Part shown: piece after piece, positions 1 through 11,236 of the stretch
Numbering within the stretch: position 1 is the first letter of the stretch
Layout of the letters: every line of letters begins with the position of its first letter
Source of the DNA: Basidiobolus meristosporus CBS 931.73
Taxonomy: Eukaryota > Fungi > Basidiobolomycota
Assembly: GCA_002104905.1 (NCBI GenBank)
Contig: MCFE01000307.1
Span: 1-64,000, forward strand
DNA: 64,000 bases
Direction of reading: 5' to 3'
The notes under the pieces: generated by a model
Told to the model about the DNA's origin: nothing
Databases searched by the model: none
What the model saw: the letters and a program-made list of their open reading frames with translations, nothing else
Translations under genes and position numbers: made by a program

Positions 1-104
1 TGTTAACAACCACCTCCGTGGTTGCTTGTCTCCTCTTGAACCAAATTTCGACTTTTTCGCACTGCTTCAATTCCACTATCGTATCGGTGGTAAATTAACA
101 CTGG

Positions 105-2138
105 ATGAGTACTCTATGGACATATCTGTTGGCCTTTCTAGGAGGTGGTGTAGTATTTACTCCGCTGATACTACTACTGGCAACAGCCGTATTCTCCCGC
201 TGGTGGGAAAGGCTTCCGAATTCTTCTGAGGATAAAATCCCTATTCGAAATTGCACCTCCACGCAGCCTACCAGCAAATCCATACAACCAGATGACTTGG
301 AGGTTAGCCAAGCAGGCTGGCTACGCATGACCAAAGAATTTAAAGTCAAAGGGGACGGACATAATATGGTTGGCCTGATGCAAGGCGTTAATACCTATAT
401 CGACCATAGCTCCAAACGGTCAAGAAACCGGGTCTATGCCATCTTAAAGCGTGAGACTTTGTGGCTATATAGTGACGAGAAATTGGTCGAGTGTCAGGGC
501 GTTTTGACCGTATCCCAGTTTGAAGTCACCATCTTCCCAAAGTATTTACCCGACAACGAGATATTTCACAAAGAACTTCCCATACGGTTGTCGAAGAGAT
601 GTAGCCCTATGGAAGACGACCACTCTGAGTTCTTTTTCTTTGTATCAACACCGTCGACAAAAGAGGACTGGTATCTAGCACTACTGAATGCTTCGAAAAT
701 GAAAAGACGCGGTATACAGAGTAGCACCATACACAATGAGTTTGACTTCGACGCACCGGCTATAACCCGACTAATAGAAATCTTGCAAAGCAATGTACGT
801 CACGAAGAAACCCTTTGGCTAAATGCCTTTATCGGGAGAGTCTTCCTAAGCATCTACAAAACCCAAGAAATCAACCAATTCTTCATTGAGAAGATTCTGT
901 CCAAAACCAAGAAGATTCGCCAACCGTCATTTCTAGGCGACATCAAGATCCGTAACCTGGATATTGGTAACAGTATGCCGACCATCAGCCACCCCAAACT
1001 AGTGGAGCTGAATCAATCGGGGGAGCTTAAGGTCGAGTTCTTCCTAAATTACCGCGGAGACTTCCACTGCGAGATTGACACCGAGGTCAACGTGCACGTA
1101 CCTTCACTGCGACCATGGAAGCTCGGCTTGGGCCTGAATGCAACGCTGAAAGACATCTCTGGCAGAATGCTTCTACACATAAAGGCTCCACCTACCAATC
1201 GGTTTTGGCTAGGGTTCTGCTCTTCCCCATCGATGTCTTTTAACTTGGAGCCAAATGTTTGTGGGAAGCACCTGAAGTCTCCTTTAATTAGCCAACTGCT
1301 CGAGAGAGCAATTGTCGGTGTTATCGAGGACACCCTTGTCCTGCCCAATATGGATGATTTCCCATTTTTAGAATCCCATGGAACTGGTGGTATATTTGAG
1401 TGCGCGTCAGAATACATTCGTGAGCAGTGTGCGCAAATGGACCCACGCACTTCCGAAGCATCTGAGGATTATGGCATTCCATCGTACAACCGACGTCGCA
1501 GCTCTTCTGCCAGTAAGGATGAAGTGTACTCGGTGGATACAGACGCCTCCTCTATATTTACCACCAAAACGCATTCAAGCTCGAACACGAGTTACTCCAA
1601 CGATACGTTAGACCATGAAACCCCCAAGATATATGTCAATGGGGACCTGAGCCGCTACTACTTCGAGGAGAAGCCACTCCCGGAGCTCGCATCACATCAT
1701 TTCCACCACAAGAGTGAGGTGCTTGATCTTGCGAACGACTACAACCATTCCCGAGAAACGTCAAGCAAGCAGTCAGCCTCCTCAAAATTCAATTCGCTAG
1801 ACACTGCGTCCTTGGAGACAAACTCCGAGGGATCCAGCTATAGAAGCTCTTCCGAATCGACCAGAGAGTACTTTGTGCAGACAGAGGACGCCAAAAACGA
1901 CGACATAGCACGTTCGGTGAAGAAGTCTAAAAAGCGGAGCAACTCCAAACGGAAAAACATTTTCGGAAATTTCTTTCATCACAGCGCCGCCAAGAACAAA
2001 CCCGACCGAGCGGAAGAGAGGTCGCCGCAGCTCCACCAGCATCTGGGAGCCCATTCGATCAGCTCGCTTGTGCTGTCCACCCACACTGTGCTCTCCAGCA
2101 ATTCCAACTCGGACAATGTTGACTCAAGATCCATTTGA
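105..2138 (+). CDS. NVJ2: Nvj2/TEX2-like membrane-contact-site lipid transfer protein (N-terminal TM, PH-like domain, SMP domain, Ser-rich tail)
   Basis: 677-aa uninterrupted ORF. Hydrophobic N-terminus; PH-like segment (GWLRMTK...YAILKRETLWLY...KEDWYLAL); SMP motifs LWLNAFIGRVFL, PSFLGDIKIRNLDIG and PPTNRFWLGF. Confidence 0.85.
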   Translation: MSTLWTYLLAFLGGGVVFTPLILLLATAVFSRWWERLPNSSEDKIPIRNCTSTQPTSKSIQPDDLEVSQAGWLRMTKEFKVKGDGHNMVGLMQGVNTYIDHSSKRSRNRVYAILKRETLWLYSDEKLVECQGVLTVSQFEVTIFPKYLPDNEIFHKELPIRLSKRCSPMEDDHSEFFFFVSTPSTKEDWYLALLNASKMKRRGIQSSTIHNEFDFDAPAITRLIEILQSNVRHEETLWLNAFIGRVFLSIYKTQEINQFFIEKILSKTKKIRQPSFLGDIKIRNLDIGNSMPTISHPKLVELNQSGELKVEFFLNYRGDFHCEIDTEVNVHVPSLRPWKLGLGLNATLKDISGRMLLHIKAPPTNRFWLGFCSSPSMSFNLEPNVCGKHLKSPLISQLLERAIVGVIEDTLVLPNMDDFPFLESHGTGGIFECASEYIREQCAQMDPRTSEASEDYGIPSYNRRRSSSASKDEVYSVDTDASSIFTTKTHSSSNTSYSNDTLDHETPKIYVNGDLSRYYFEEKPLPELASHHFHHKSEVLDLANDYNHSRETSSKQSASSKFNSLDTASLETNSEGSSYRSSSESTREYFVQTEDAKNDDIARSVKKSKKRSNSKRKNIFGNFFHHSAAKNKPDRAEERSPQLHQHLGAHSISSLVLSTHTVLSSNSNSDNVDSRSI

Positions 2139-3846
2139 TTGGTTTCGAGGGCCTGGGCATCCCAATCGTCTCTCGCCTGGAATATGCATCTTACGTCTGC
2201 ATTATGCTCGATCTGATTAAATAAAATGAGTTATGTAAACATCACTAATGCATTCTCCAGTTCAGGGAAGATTCCTTAGAAGTCACCACCCTCGCGGCCA
2301 AATATGGATCCATCACAAATTGGTTTCATACATGGACGATGGAACCACCATTTCGAAGCAGTTGTATTCGATTTGGCAACACTGGCCTTGGATTTACCCG
2401 ATGGCTTCTGCGGCATGTACGACATGCTTGCTTCGTGACATACCAGACGAGGTGCCTCGTGTGGTCTTGATTGCCATGACTGCTTGGTCGCAACCACTAT
2501 CCTTATGATGCCATACCTCATTTGGCTGTCGCAGAGGCGAATCTTCATGATCTTGGTTTGGACACGATGGCCATACAAGGCAAGATTATTCCGCCTGTGT
2601 CAGAATGATCTAGCCGTGGCATTATCTTGATGCGGCTGCAGGAAACTATCCTTCACCTGTTTGGAAACTCCAGCGTCAGTTTCAAGTGATGTTCTGCCTG
2701 AAATCCCCAAAGCGACCCTAGGCTTGTGATCTTAGGGCTTAGAGGTACGTTTATGTGACTGTGTATTCCCCAGCATCCAATTACCAGCATGTGTTTCGGA
2801 TGTAGTATTGGAAGCTGACCTGACCTCTCGAAACTAACCATTTGGGGATTTATGATGTCGATGATGAATGTGTGTGGACAAATATGGGATTCTGCTTCTG
2901 TTGCTCAGCCTACGCACCATGTAATGGTCCAGTAGCGACCAAACACAAGCGTTGCCCCTACGAATGCATGTCAAATACTTGGTTTACCGCTTCTGATATC
3001 ATACGGCCATCACCTACAATACAATCATATCCCAATCATGGGGTCTGTGTGATATAGCACCTGCTTGCATCCCCCTACGTGCCGTCAGGGGTAAGGGTGC
3101 TGCTATGGGCGATGGTCAAGGTGTGCGTGCCCACCAATTCTCCGGTGTGAAGTGGTGGCCCACTGCCGAGCCATCCCGCAGAGTGCCCCGCTGAGAGAGA
3201 GCGCTCTGTGGTCACCGGTCTGTGGTGTTCCGAGCACATTTTTCATGGACGGGGTACCTCAACGCAGATGGGATTCTGAAGATCCATGCACAGGTAGATC
3301 AGCCTGAGGCGGAGTAAAAGGGGTCAAGTGCAAGGCTCCATTACCTCGGTCTGGCATATTCTAGGCTTGGTATGGCCCACAAATGCATACAGCAAGCGCA
3401 ATAATCAGCGAGTCAGGCACTGTGCCCAACTCAGTTTGTTACATATTTTCATTTCTCGTATTGAATACCGCCCAACTACATGTTGTTCCAAGGTCTCATG
3501 TTTCAATTCCCCAAGTGTAATAAATGCGCAAATAATCCCCGATGAGGGAAGCCCACAGTAAATCGGCCATCCGTATTTGCTGAGCCAAACCTCATCATTC
3601 TACCAAATGGATATTATTTGGAAATCCCGGATAAAGTAGTGTCAGGTTAGCTCATCTAAGCCTGAGGTGATTGAGACCTGATCTCCATCGATTTTTCGTA
3701 TATAAATGTGCTGCATCCAAGGCACATACATCAGCAATACCTCATCCACGGTTCTCGTTCGGCGCCCTCAGTCAGCTAACATCACCTCTACTCTTTGATT
3801 TTCTGAACCCTTTCCAGCCTACTTTCTCTTCCCTGCATCTCCAGCC

Positions 3847-4446
3847 ATGCCACCAGCTGTGATTGCCGAGCGACTCTTTGTTCCTCCAACAACCGCAAAA
3901 GCCTCGTCCATCAACACATACGGTGAGTTGACCTGCCGTCTAACCGTGAAGATATCGATGCAGACACTAAATCCGTGTATTAGGGAACTGCTTCGAGCCC
4001 ATGTCCGAAACGGAGTTGGCCAAGATACTTGTCTCTCTATCCGAAGCCACAACCCCCAGCACTCGAAAAAGTAAGATAGTGTGTCTATTTCTGCAGAGAC
4101 TTGCTCGTCAACTAAATGTTGCCCCTCTCGAAGATATTTTGCAGGCCACGGCGGCAGTTTCTTGGATAACCTGTAGACAGCTAGGTAAGACTTGAATCTG
4201 CGGCACCAGGCTTGTGTGGCCAGAGAAATCTTGTAAAGCTCGGTCTGACCCAGTTCTGCTTTCGAAACACTAGGTCGGATTTTCAACCACCTGCCGTATC
4301 CAGCCGAGCGCAGGTTTACCGCCACGTTATTTGCACAAAAGATTATTGATCGATACCATCGACAGCAAGATCTGTTCTCGTGTCTCAAGTGTGACACACC
4401 AACGGAGAAATCGCTTCTCCATGATATCATACTACAGCGACGCTAG
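3847..4446 (+). CDS. Small 4-exon DUF4476-like protein (~128 aa)
   Basis: Introns 3923-3983, 4071-4133 and 4185-4273 are all GT..AG with consistent phase. Spliced product: MPPAVIAERLFVPPTTAKASSINTYGNCFEPMSETELAKILVSLSEATTPSTRKNILQATAAVSWITCRQLGRIFNHLPYPAERRFTATLFAQKIIDRYHRQQDLFSCLKCDTPTEKSLLHDIILQRR. TATAAA about 145 nt upstream. Family call by pattern recognition. Confidence 0.65.
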
Positions 4447-4997
4447 ACAAACTTGTCGCTGATTTGAGGTGGAGCGGCCGCCGGGAAACCTGACACATTC
4501 CGGTTTCCAAAGAGCGTTGACCTGGAGTTCCCGCAGGTTAGAACGCTATCTATGCTAGCCCAATGGTTGGTGGACATCACCATCTTTGGGCGGGACGTAG
4601 CGCGACCAACTTACAGCGTAGTCTGTCCAAGCACTCATCCATTGTACATTTGTTAAATAAATGAAACGATTCTATGTAAGTCAACATTGATTAGCTCCGG
4701 CTCCAACTTCACCGCATAGCATTGCAAGGTAGATGTCATCCGCAGGAATAAATATTTATTTGATAAATTGATGTCGGCCACGTCCTGACGATGAGCTAGG
4801 ATGGTAGGTGGAACTAAATCAGGGTCGATTAGGATCAGGCTCACTGAAATGAATGCAGCGGTGGGCGAGTGTAGGTGCGATGAACCAACAAAGTACGGTG
4901 GTCTCTTCAAAATAGCTAAACAGATCACGGTTATTGAATGCGGGCTAGTGGTAACCAGCCTCTTTCTAGAGGTAAATAAGCATCGCAAGAATGCGGT

Positions 4998-6048
4998 TTA
5001 CTGGTGCTCCTTGACATCGCTTAATTTCGCCGAAGCAGCATCCAGCCGATCTAGGATCATCTGGGTCTCCTTCACCGCGGCCTTTCGGGTATTTCTGGCT
5101 CGATCGAATTCCGAGGAGCACACGACGCCGTCCAGAGCGAACAAGGCTTGCATCAACTGCTCATTGAGATAGTTTCTCAAATTAGTCAATTTGCCCCGCT
5201 GCTTTAGGTCACTATTACTGGGGTTCGTAACATAGTTGTGGACTTCGCCTTCGAATTCCCTTAGCTTTGGTGTGATCTCACGGTGCGTCTTGTCCAGCAA
5301 CCCTTGGATCTGGCTGATCAAACGTCCCTCTTCATTTGAGCCAGAGCTATGCAAGGCCTCCTAGTTATCAGCAATAAATTTAGCATGCCTGGTCCTCCCA
5401 TACAATTTGCTGCATGTGAATAGACTTACTTCAGACTTGTTACCAATAAGAGTGACTTTAGAGCCCGGTCTTAGACCATAGCTTGCTAAAGTTGCCGAAT
5501 CATCCTTCATCACCGCTGGGAAGAGAAAGAATATGGCTTTGGTTAAGTGTGTTGTAGTAAAGGGAAAACGAAACTTGGTTACGATTGGTGTATAAGTCAA
5601 AGAGAAAAGATGGGGAAGTGAGGGTATTCAGACGGTATTTGAGGAGGTATCTGACTAAGTTGGGGAATCTTTCACCTTGGATAAACGTAACTCGATTTCA
5701 AAGAACCTCTTCCTGATGAAGGGTGGCCTGCAGGAAGATATACTGAACAATACTTCTATTGGCCACCGTCCCATGTGGAGTCAATACGTGATGTTTCCAG
5801 ATACAGAAAGAGATTCTCGTCGAGTTGACAGTTTAATGGTGTTTGCAGCGCAGGTAGGTAGAGTGTGGAAGGATATCTGTTAATCGTTATTTACCTCCAG
5901 TTACTGAAAGCTTCATGGCATGGATGGGCACCCCAGTAATCTCTGAGCATTGGCGCTTCAAATGGGCGAGTGTGGTGGTTGCTAGCGTGGGCTCTGTATA
6001 CGCCAGATGAAATCTCTGCCTTTTCCAAGTAATCTGAAGAGTACTCAT
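4998..6048 (-). CDS. BAG1: BAG1-like Hsp70 co-chaperone (ubiquitin-like domain + BAG domain), 3 exons
   Basis: Exons 6048-5895, 5515-5430 and 5360-4998 are in phase. Ubl: TTLAHLKRQCSEITGVPIHAMKLSVTGAVMKDDSATLASYGLRPGSKVTLIG. BAG: YLNEQLMQALFALDGV...ARNTRKAAVKETQMILDRLD. Confidence 0.88.
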
Positions 6049-6199
6049 GCTAATTAACCGGAGGGAGTAGTCAAGGATGGTTCCAAGTAAATCCCAATAA
6101 AGTCTGTTACTGAAAACTTTGGCAATAAGTACCTTTGCTGTGAAATATACATGATCATCGCAATAGATTCTGATTGAAGGACGTAATCATGGCGATTAC

Positions 6200-8218
6200 C
6201 ATAAAGGTTATTCGAATTTCGATATTATGATGCAATCCAGGTCCATTCTTGATCTGCCAGGTCAGTGTTTTCCGACCAAATGTGTTCAATTAGCCATCAT
6301 CAAAAAACCTCATTGCTTTGGTAATCATCTAGATGCAATTCAGTTAACATGGCCTCGTGCCCGTCTCTGCAGATATGCTTGCGTTGTGCTTTTGCCAAGT
6401 GCGTTGCCAAAAGGAAAATTCTTTGTTGATGTATTCAACGGATACGTACTTTACCAAGAGAGTAAGGACGCATGCTCGAGTCTCAACCCGGCATCCTGTC
6501 TGATTCATAGAACTTGATTATCAACCTGAGGACGTATTCCCAGTGGCTGGGATAGACTAATACAATGATCCAATACGGAAATGTACTCGATAATTAGCGC
6601 AGATTTGTATTGGAGTTATTGGGTGAAGTACTCAAAAAATACGATGTCAAATGGAAATATTAGACTCTGCTCTAGAGTGTAGGGCTGAGACTTCAGGCTG
6701 CACAAAGTTGAGGAATGTAAAGCTTCCTGAAATATTCATAAAGCGGTGGGCGACCCATACTATTGGTAGAGCTTTTGTTCAAGAGCATTCTCCTGTGTCC
6801 ACGATCACAAGGGAAGTCGTATGGAGTAGAGAGGAACCAGCAAAGCATGCCAATTATTTTCTACCGTTTCAAAGGATAGATTTTGAACAACACTGCCAAA
6901 AAAACTCAGTGTCAAGCACAAATGGAACACCACTAAACAGAACCCAGATCCCTATTATGATAGCCTATGTGCTAAGACTTCAACCAAGGTTTTGGCAATA
7001 TGGCAATATGTGGTATCAGTACCCCCACCCCCACAACGACAGTTATCGGAATGTAAAGAAACCTATCCCAGCGCTAGACCGGGTAAAGACTCAGCGATGT
7101 ACCAGTGATCGGGCCAAAAGCCTAGTTAAACTCCACAAGTATTCTCCGCTCAAAATATATGGACACACTCATCAGGAATCTCGTCGTTTTCACAATCCAA
7201 GTATTAAAATTTATGTACAGCAACATGACAGCAAAGCGATCATACAGTTCGTGATTGATAGAACTCCTCAGCCAAAACGAAGACCAATCGATTAGGCCTA
7301 CTAGTAAGAGATCTTGCAGAGGTGTAGAAATATCGTATTCAGCGACTGAAGGAGATCCACCTAGCGGCAAACTTGCAAACAGCATGTCTGTATCCTCCAC
7401 TTGTCAGAAGAATCGATTGAGACTCAACGACTGCAATAGGAGTTGCCCTTAAACCTGGAACACAACTATTGAGTAAAACTATACCAAGAATGGGCCTTTA
7501 AGAGTAAATTTACGTTTTCTGTGCTTTACATGGACAACTCCACAACCTCCTCATAACAAGGCCAAGAGGAGGATCATCAATTGGCTCGATCGGTGGGGCA
7601 AGCATCAGCCTCTTCAGGGCGTATGTTATCTGACTCTTCAGTCTTCGAGCCATTATCTGATAAGTTAGAAGTCTGAGAGAGGGAAAAAGGAGGTGAAGCG
7701 TCCCTGATGAAATCAGAGGGTTCATCAATCAACGATAGAAATACGTCTCTTGCAGGAGAGTCGGTGCATTGTGGTACTTCGGTGGTTCTGTGTTCGAATT
7801 GTTTGTAGAAGTTCACGGCAGGAGAGAAGTTGAAATACCCCAATTTTGCTCTTTTGAAAGAGGCCGGATCAGCCTCTTCGTCTGAACTCTCTGCATCTAG
7901 ATCCAACTCATCAAACACGCCAGCTCTCGCCGCCTGTGGCACTATTCCGACCTTTTGAATTACCCATCGCTCCAGCATGCTTATTCTTTTGGGATGCTTT
8001 GGTAGGACACTCTTTTCTAGTTTCTTATTCGTGGCTTTGGTTGAACGTTTTGGGGTGATCTCGGTGCACGCCGCAACCTCTGGAGTGTTCGTTGCTTCAG
8101 CAGTACTACCCTCAACATCAGTGGAGCTCTTGAAGTAACTTGAAATAGTACGTTGCCCTTGTTTCTCCGACTCTTTCAGGGTTTTGGATTGGACACGAGA
8201 CTTTGCTCTTTTCTTCAT
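6200..8218 (-). pseudogene. Uncharacterised, probably decayed gene: Lys/Ser-rich N-terminal ORF followed by stop-interrupted protein-like sequence
   Basis: ORF 8218-7577 (MKKRAKSRVQ...QRTISSYFK) ends in tandem TGA TGA. The same frame continues with protein-like text (WPCYEEVVELSM*STENVNLLLKAHSWYSFTQ*LCSRF) broken by stops. No family recognised and the left boundary is approximate. Confidence 0.35.
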
Positions 8219-8934
8219 TGTGCGGACAGAAGAATATAAAAAACCACAAATATAAGTATAGGAAAAGAATTGATTTTGGTAATCAACGATCAAAATACAA
8301 ATCAGTGAATTGAATGGACCTTAGCAAGCCCATAAATTTCATGTGCATCTATCTGACCATCAAATATCCATATCCAGGTCAGATGAGCAGCACATAGAAC
8401 CAGTACCCAGCCCGGATGCTGGCGAAGATGGAATGATCCTCTGAACTGCACTGATCATGAACTGTGATTGAGCTAATCACAATGTGGATTGCCAATCCCA
8501 AATATGATCCTGTCTTGCAATGGATACAATCAAGTTGTCGCAGTCACACTTGGATAAATGATTGAGATCCTAACCCACCCTTCAGTCATTGATGTGCATG
8601 CGATCAGCAATAGCTCTGAGCAGTACAAGGACATGATACGCTTGACACGTGTCAGAAGGCTCTACGAGAGTGCCCCTTTGTGTACCAAACTCATAGGAGC
8701 GCCGGTATCTTGCTATCTCGAACAAGGAGTCTGAGCTGCAAATCCACTCCAGCATGTTTCCAACGATAAGCAGGTTTTGTCCAACAAGGCGCAGAGGCTC
8801 TCTCTCGATCCACTGTTTATGCAGTCTTTTATTTCAGAAAGCCCACTTGTGAACTGACAAATGATTCTACAGATTGTCACACTTCGTAGCTAGTAAGAAA
8901 CGCATTCTAATAGAGGGCCTTGTGAGCTGGATTC

Positions 8935-10113
8935 TCAACTTTGCGCAGCCACTTTGGCAAGAAAATCCTCGGTTCTCAGGTAGACACCCCGAAAATGCCG
9001 AGGCCCGGAAAATCCGGTCCTTGCGTGCAACATACGGTAGTTATCATACAAGACCAAGTCCCCCGACCTTAACGAGAAACGAAGCTGATGCTCGGGGCTG
9101 CGGACCAAAGCCGAGAACTTGTTGTACGCTCGATACCACTCCTCCATGGACTCGAACGGCCTCTGGTATGGGGCCATGGTGAAGTAAGAGTATCTAATCT
9201 TCTTGATTTCCGGCGCAAAGTCGTTGGTAGTTGACCCGGGAGCCAGTTCAATGATTGGAGCGACCAAAGACTTCTGAAATTTGGTTAGTTTACGATGGAA
9301 TTTAATAGGCACACTAGCCAGAAGATCGAATGCCCGACGGTCCAGCTCACTCCGAAGGTAGTGAGCTGCTTGGACTGAATTCACTAGATAGCTATCGCCT
9401 CCTTCAGCAGCCGGGTTGATGCACTGGAGAAACTGAATCCCTGGTGCATTCTCGAGGTACGGAAGATCGGTATGGAGGTCAATGCCGTGATTAGTATAGC
9501 CAAGCTGGTCAGTGTCGTTGTTGGTAGTATTGTCAGTTCGAAGGTCTTCTATACGGCCGAAGTGAGAGGTGATCACTTCCTTGTCTTCTCCAATAAAATC
9601 CCGGATAATTTGTTCTGTGTCCAAACCACGGTTGCGAATGACAACTACACCGTGCTCTTTAAAACTAGCGGCAATAGCGTTGTAGTACCGCTTTAGCCCT
9701 GCAGCTGAGAGTGGCTGACCGGATGTGGTTGGTGGAAATTGTCGCAGATACTCTTGGAAATCAATCTCTACCTTGCTGCCATCGTTGATTGGACTGGAGA
9801 CGGCGATTCTGTTTCTGGCGTAGGCATATTCATTGAGGAAGGCCAATGGATAATGAGACAAATGGCCATCAATCCACTCGACTGTGATGCCTGGCTCTTG
9901 TTCTTCAGATGCTGGCAAGAGCCTTGGAGTTATGGACAGAGGGACTTGCGTTGAGTCGATGATTCTCTCGCGGGTTTGGGGGTGTCTACATCCGTTCAGG
10001 CAGGGGCAGTGGTGGCGAAGCCAGAAATAATGGAAATCGGCAAAATCGCTGGAGTCGGGAAAGAAGACTCTAAGGTAGGTTGTGTGGATGGATGCTCTGA
10101 TCTCGGTACTCAT
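8935..10113 (-). CDS. Fe(II)/2-oxoglutarate dioxygenase, gamma-butyrobetaine / trimethyllysine dioxygenase (TauD/TfdA) family
   Basis: 392-aa intronless ORF. N-terminal Zn-binding GBBH motif WLRHHCPC..CRHPQTRER; facial triad HTD (LHTDLPY) plus DNYRMLHARTGF. Confidence 0.88.
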   Translation of the reverse strand: MSTEIRASIHTTYLRVFFPDSSDFADFHYFWLRHHCPCLNGCRHPQTRERIIDSTQVPLSITPRLLPASEEQEPGITVEWIDGHLSHYPLAFLNEYAYARNRIAVSSPINDGSKVEIDFQEYLRQFPPTTSGQPLSAAGLKRYYNAIAASFKEHGVVVIRNRGLDTEQIIRDFIGEDKEVITSHFGRIEDLRTDNTTNNDTDQLGYTNHGIDLHTDLPYLENAPGIQFLQCINPAAEGGDSYLVNSVQAAHYLRSELDRRAFDLLASVPIKFHRKLTKFQKSLVAPIIELAPGSTTNDFAPEIKKIRYSYFTMAPYQRPFESMEEWYRAYNKFSALVRSPEHQLRFSLRSGDLVLYDNYRMLHARTGFSGPRHFRGVYLRTEDFLAKVAAQS

Positions 10114-10716
10114 ACCTCCACAGCAAGCGGGTCTAGCAGAATGCGTAGTTGTATAGAGAGATAGTCACATCCTTATATGTGGTGCTTGCAGCCTGTCAAA
10201 TGCGTCATTACCAATGATGATCCAGCCAAGTCAAGCTAAGTTGCTTATCAAATGGCGTGATTTCAAATAGATTCTTGGCAACCAAGAGAAGATAGAGTTT
10301 AGAGTGAGACGTAGATAGGTGTCGATTTCCGAAAACCGAATTGCCTCATCCAATACAAGTTTGCCTCCATAGCTCCCCTTGTCCCAGAGAGAGGAATGGC
10401 CTTTTGTTTCAAGGCTGGCGCCCTAGGCAGATATCATTATTCTCATGTAATTTGGATCTCTCCTTTTTGGGAACCATCTCACATTTCTGCTCAACTGTGG
10501 CATGACGGCAACGCGCGCTTTTGCTAGAGAGTGTATTTATGCATATATTTTTCTAACTTCGTCATGCAAGCGCTTATCCCTAATCCTTTGGCTGTATGGA
10601 AGCGAGCTGGAGAAAACCGGAGTTCACTAAATCACCAACAATCTATTCTCGAAGTGATAACTTAACCGCAGGGTGGAATGCTGTGCGAAGAGTCGTTTAT
10701 TGTTCTACAGATATGT

Positions 10717-11236
10717 TCAGTATGTTTTGACCATTTTGACGTGTGGTATTCCTTCTTCATAAAAGATATTGCTATCAAATACTTCGTAACCCACAGCCTC
10801 GTAAAACCCAATTTTGTCTTGCTGGGCGTGGAGAATGATCTTTTCCCAGTTCTGTTCCCGACCACTATTCTCAACTGCTTCGCTTAGAGCTTTTCCAACC
10901 TTCATACCACGATATTCGCGCAACACGGCCAATCGTCCCAATTTTCCTACTCGGGGTTTGTATTCCACTAATCTTACAGTTCCAACTGGTAATTCAGCGC
11001 CATCGGATTCCACATAATATGCCAACCAGTGCAAACAGATGGGGTCGTATCTGTAAAGAAAACAATCAGCAAAGCTCACTTGTGCAGTGGCGCACTACTT
11101 ATCGTGATACTCACTCATCGCACTCGTTTTCTTCCTTGCAGTTCTGCTCCTTCACAAAGACAGTTTTTCTGATACTATACGCTTGCTCACGTTGCTCGTC
11201 AGTTTCAACTTTGCGGACAACTATAGTGCCAGTCAT
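10717..11236 (-). CDS. GNAT N-acetyltransferase, ElaA/YjcF-like, 2 exons
   Basis: Exon 1 11236-11115 (MTGTIVVRKVETDEQREQAYSIRKTVFVKEQ), intron 11114-11051 (GTGAGT..CAG). Exon 2 has KLGRLAVLREYRGMKVG, LHAQ, GFYEAVGY and FYEEGIPHVKM. Confidence 0.88.

Noticed and set aside
3819-4430. 203-aa minus-strand ORF
   Set aside because: Antisense shadow of the spliced DUF4476-like gene; no motif recognised.
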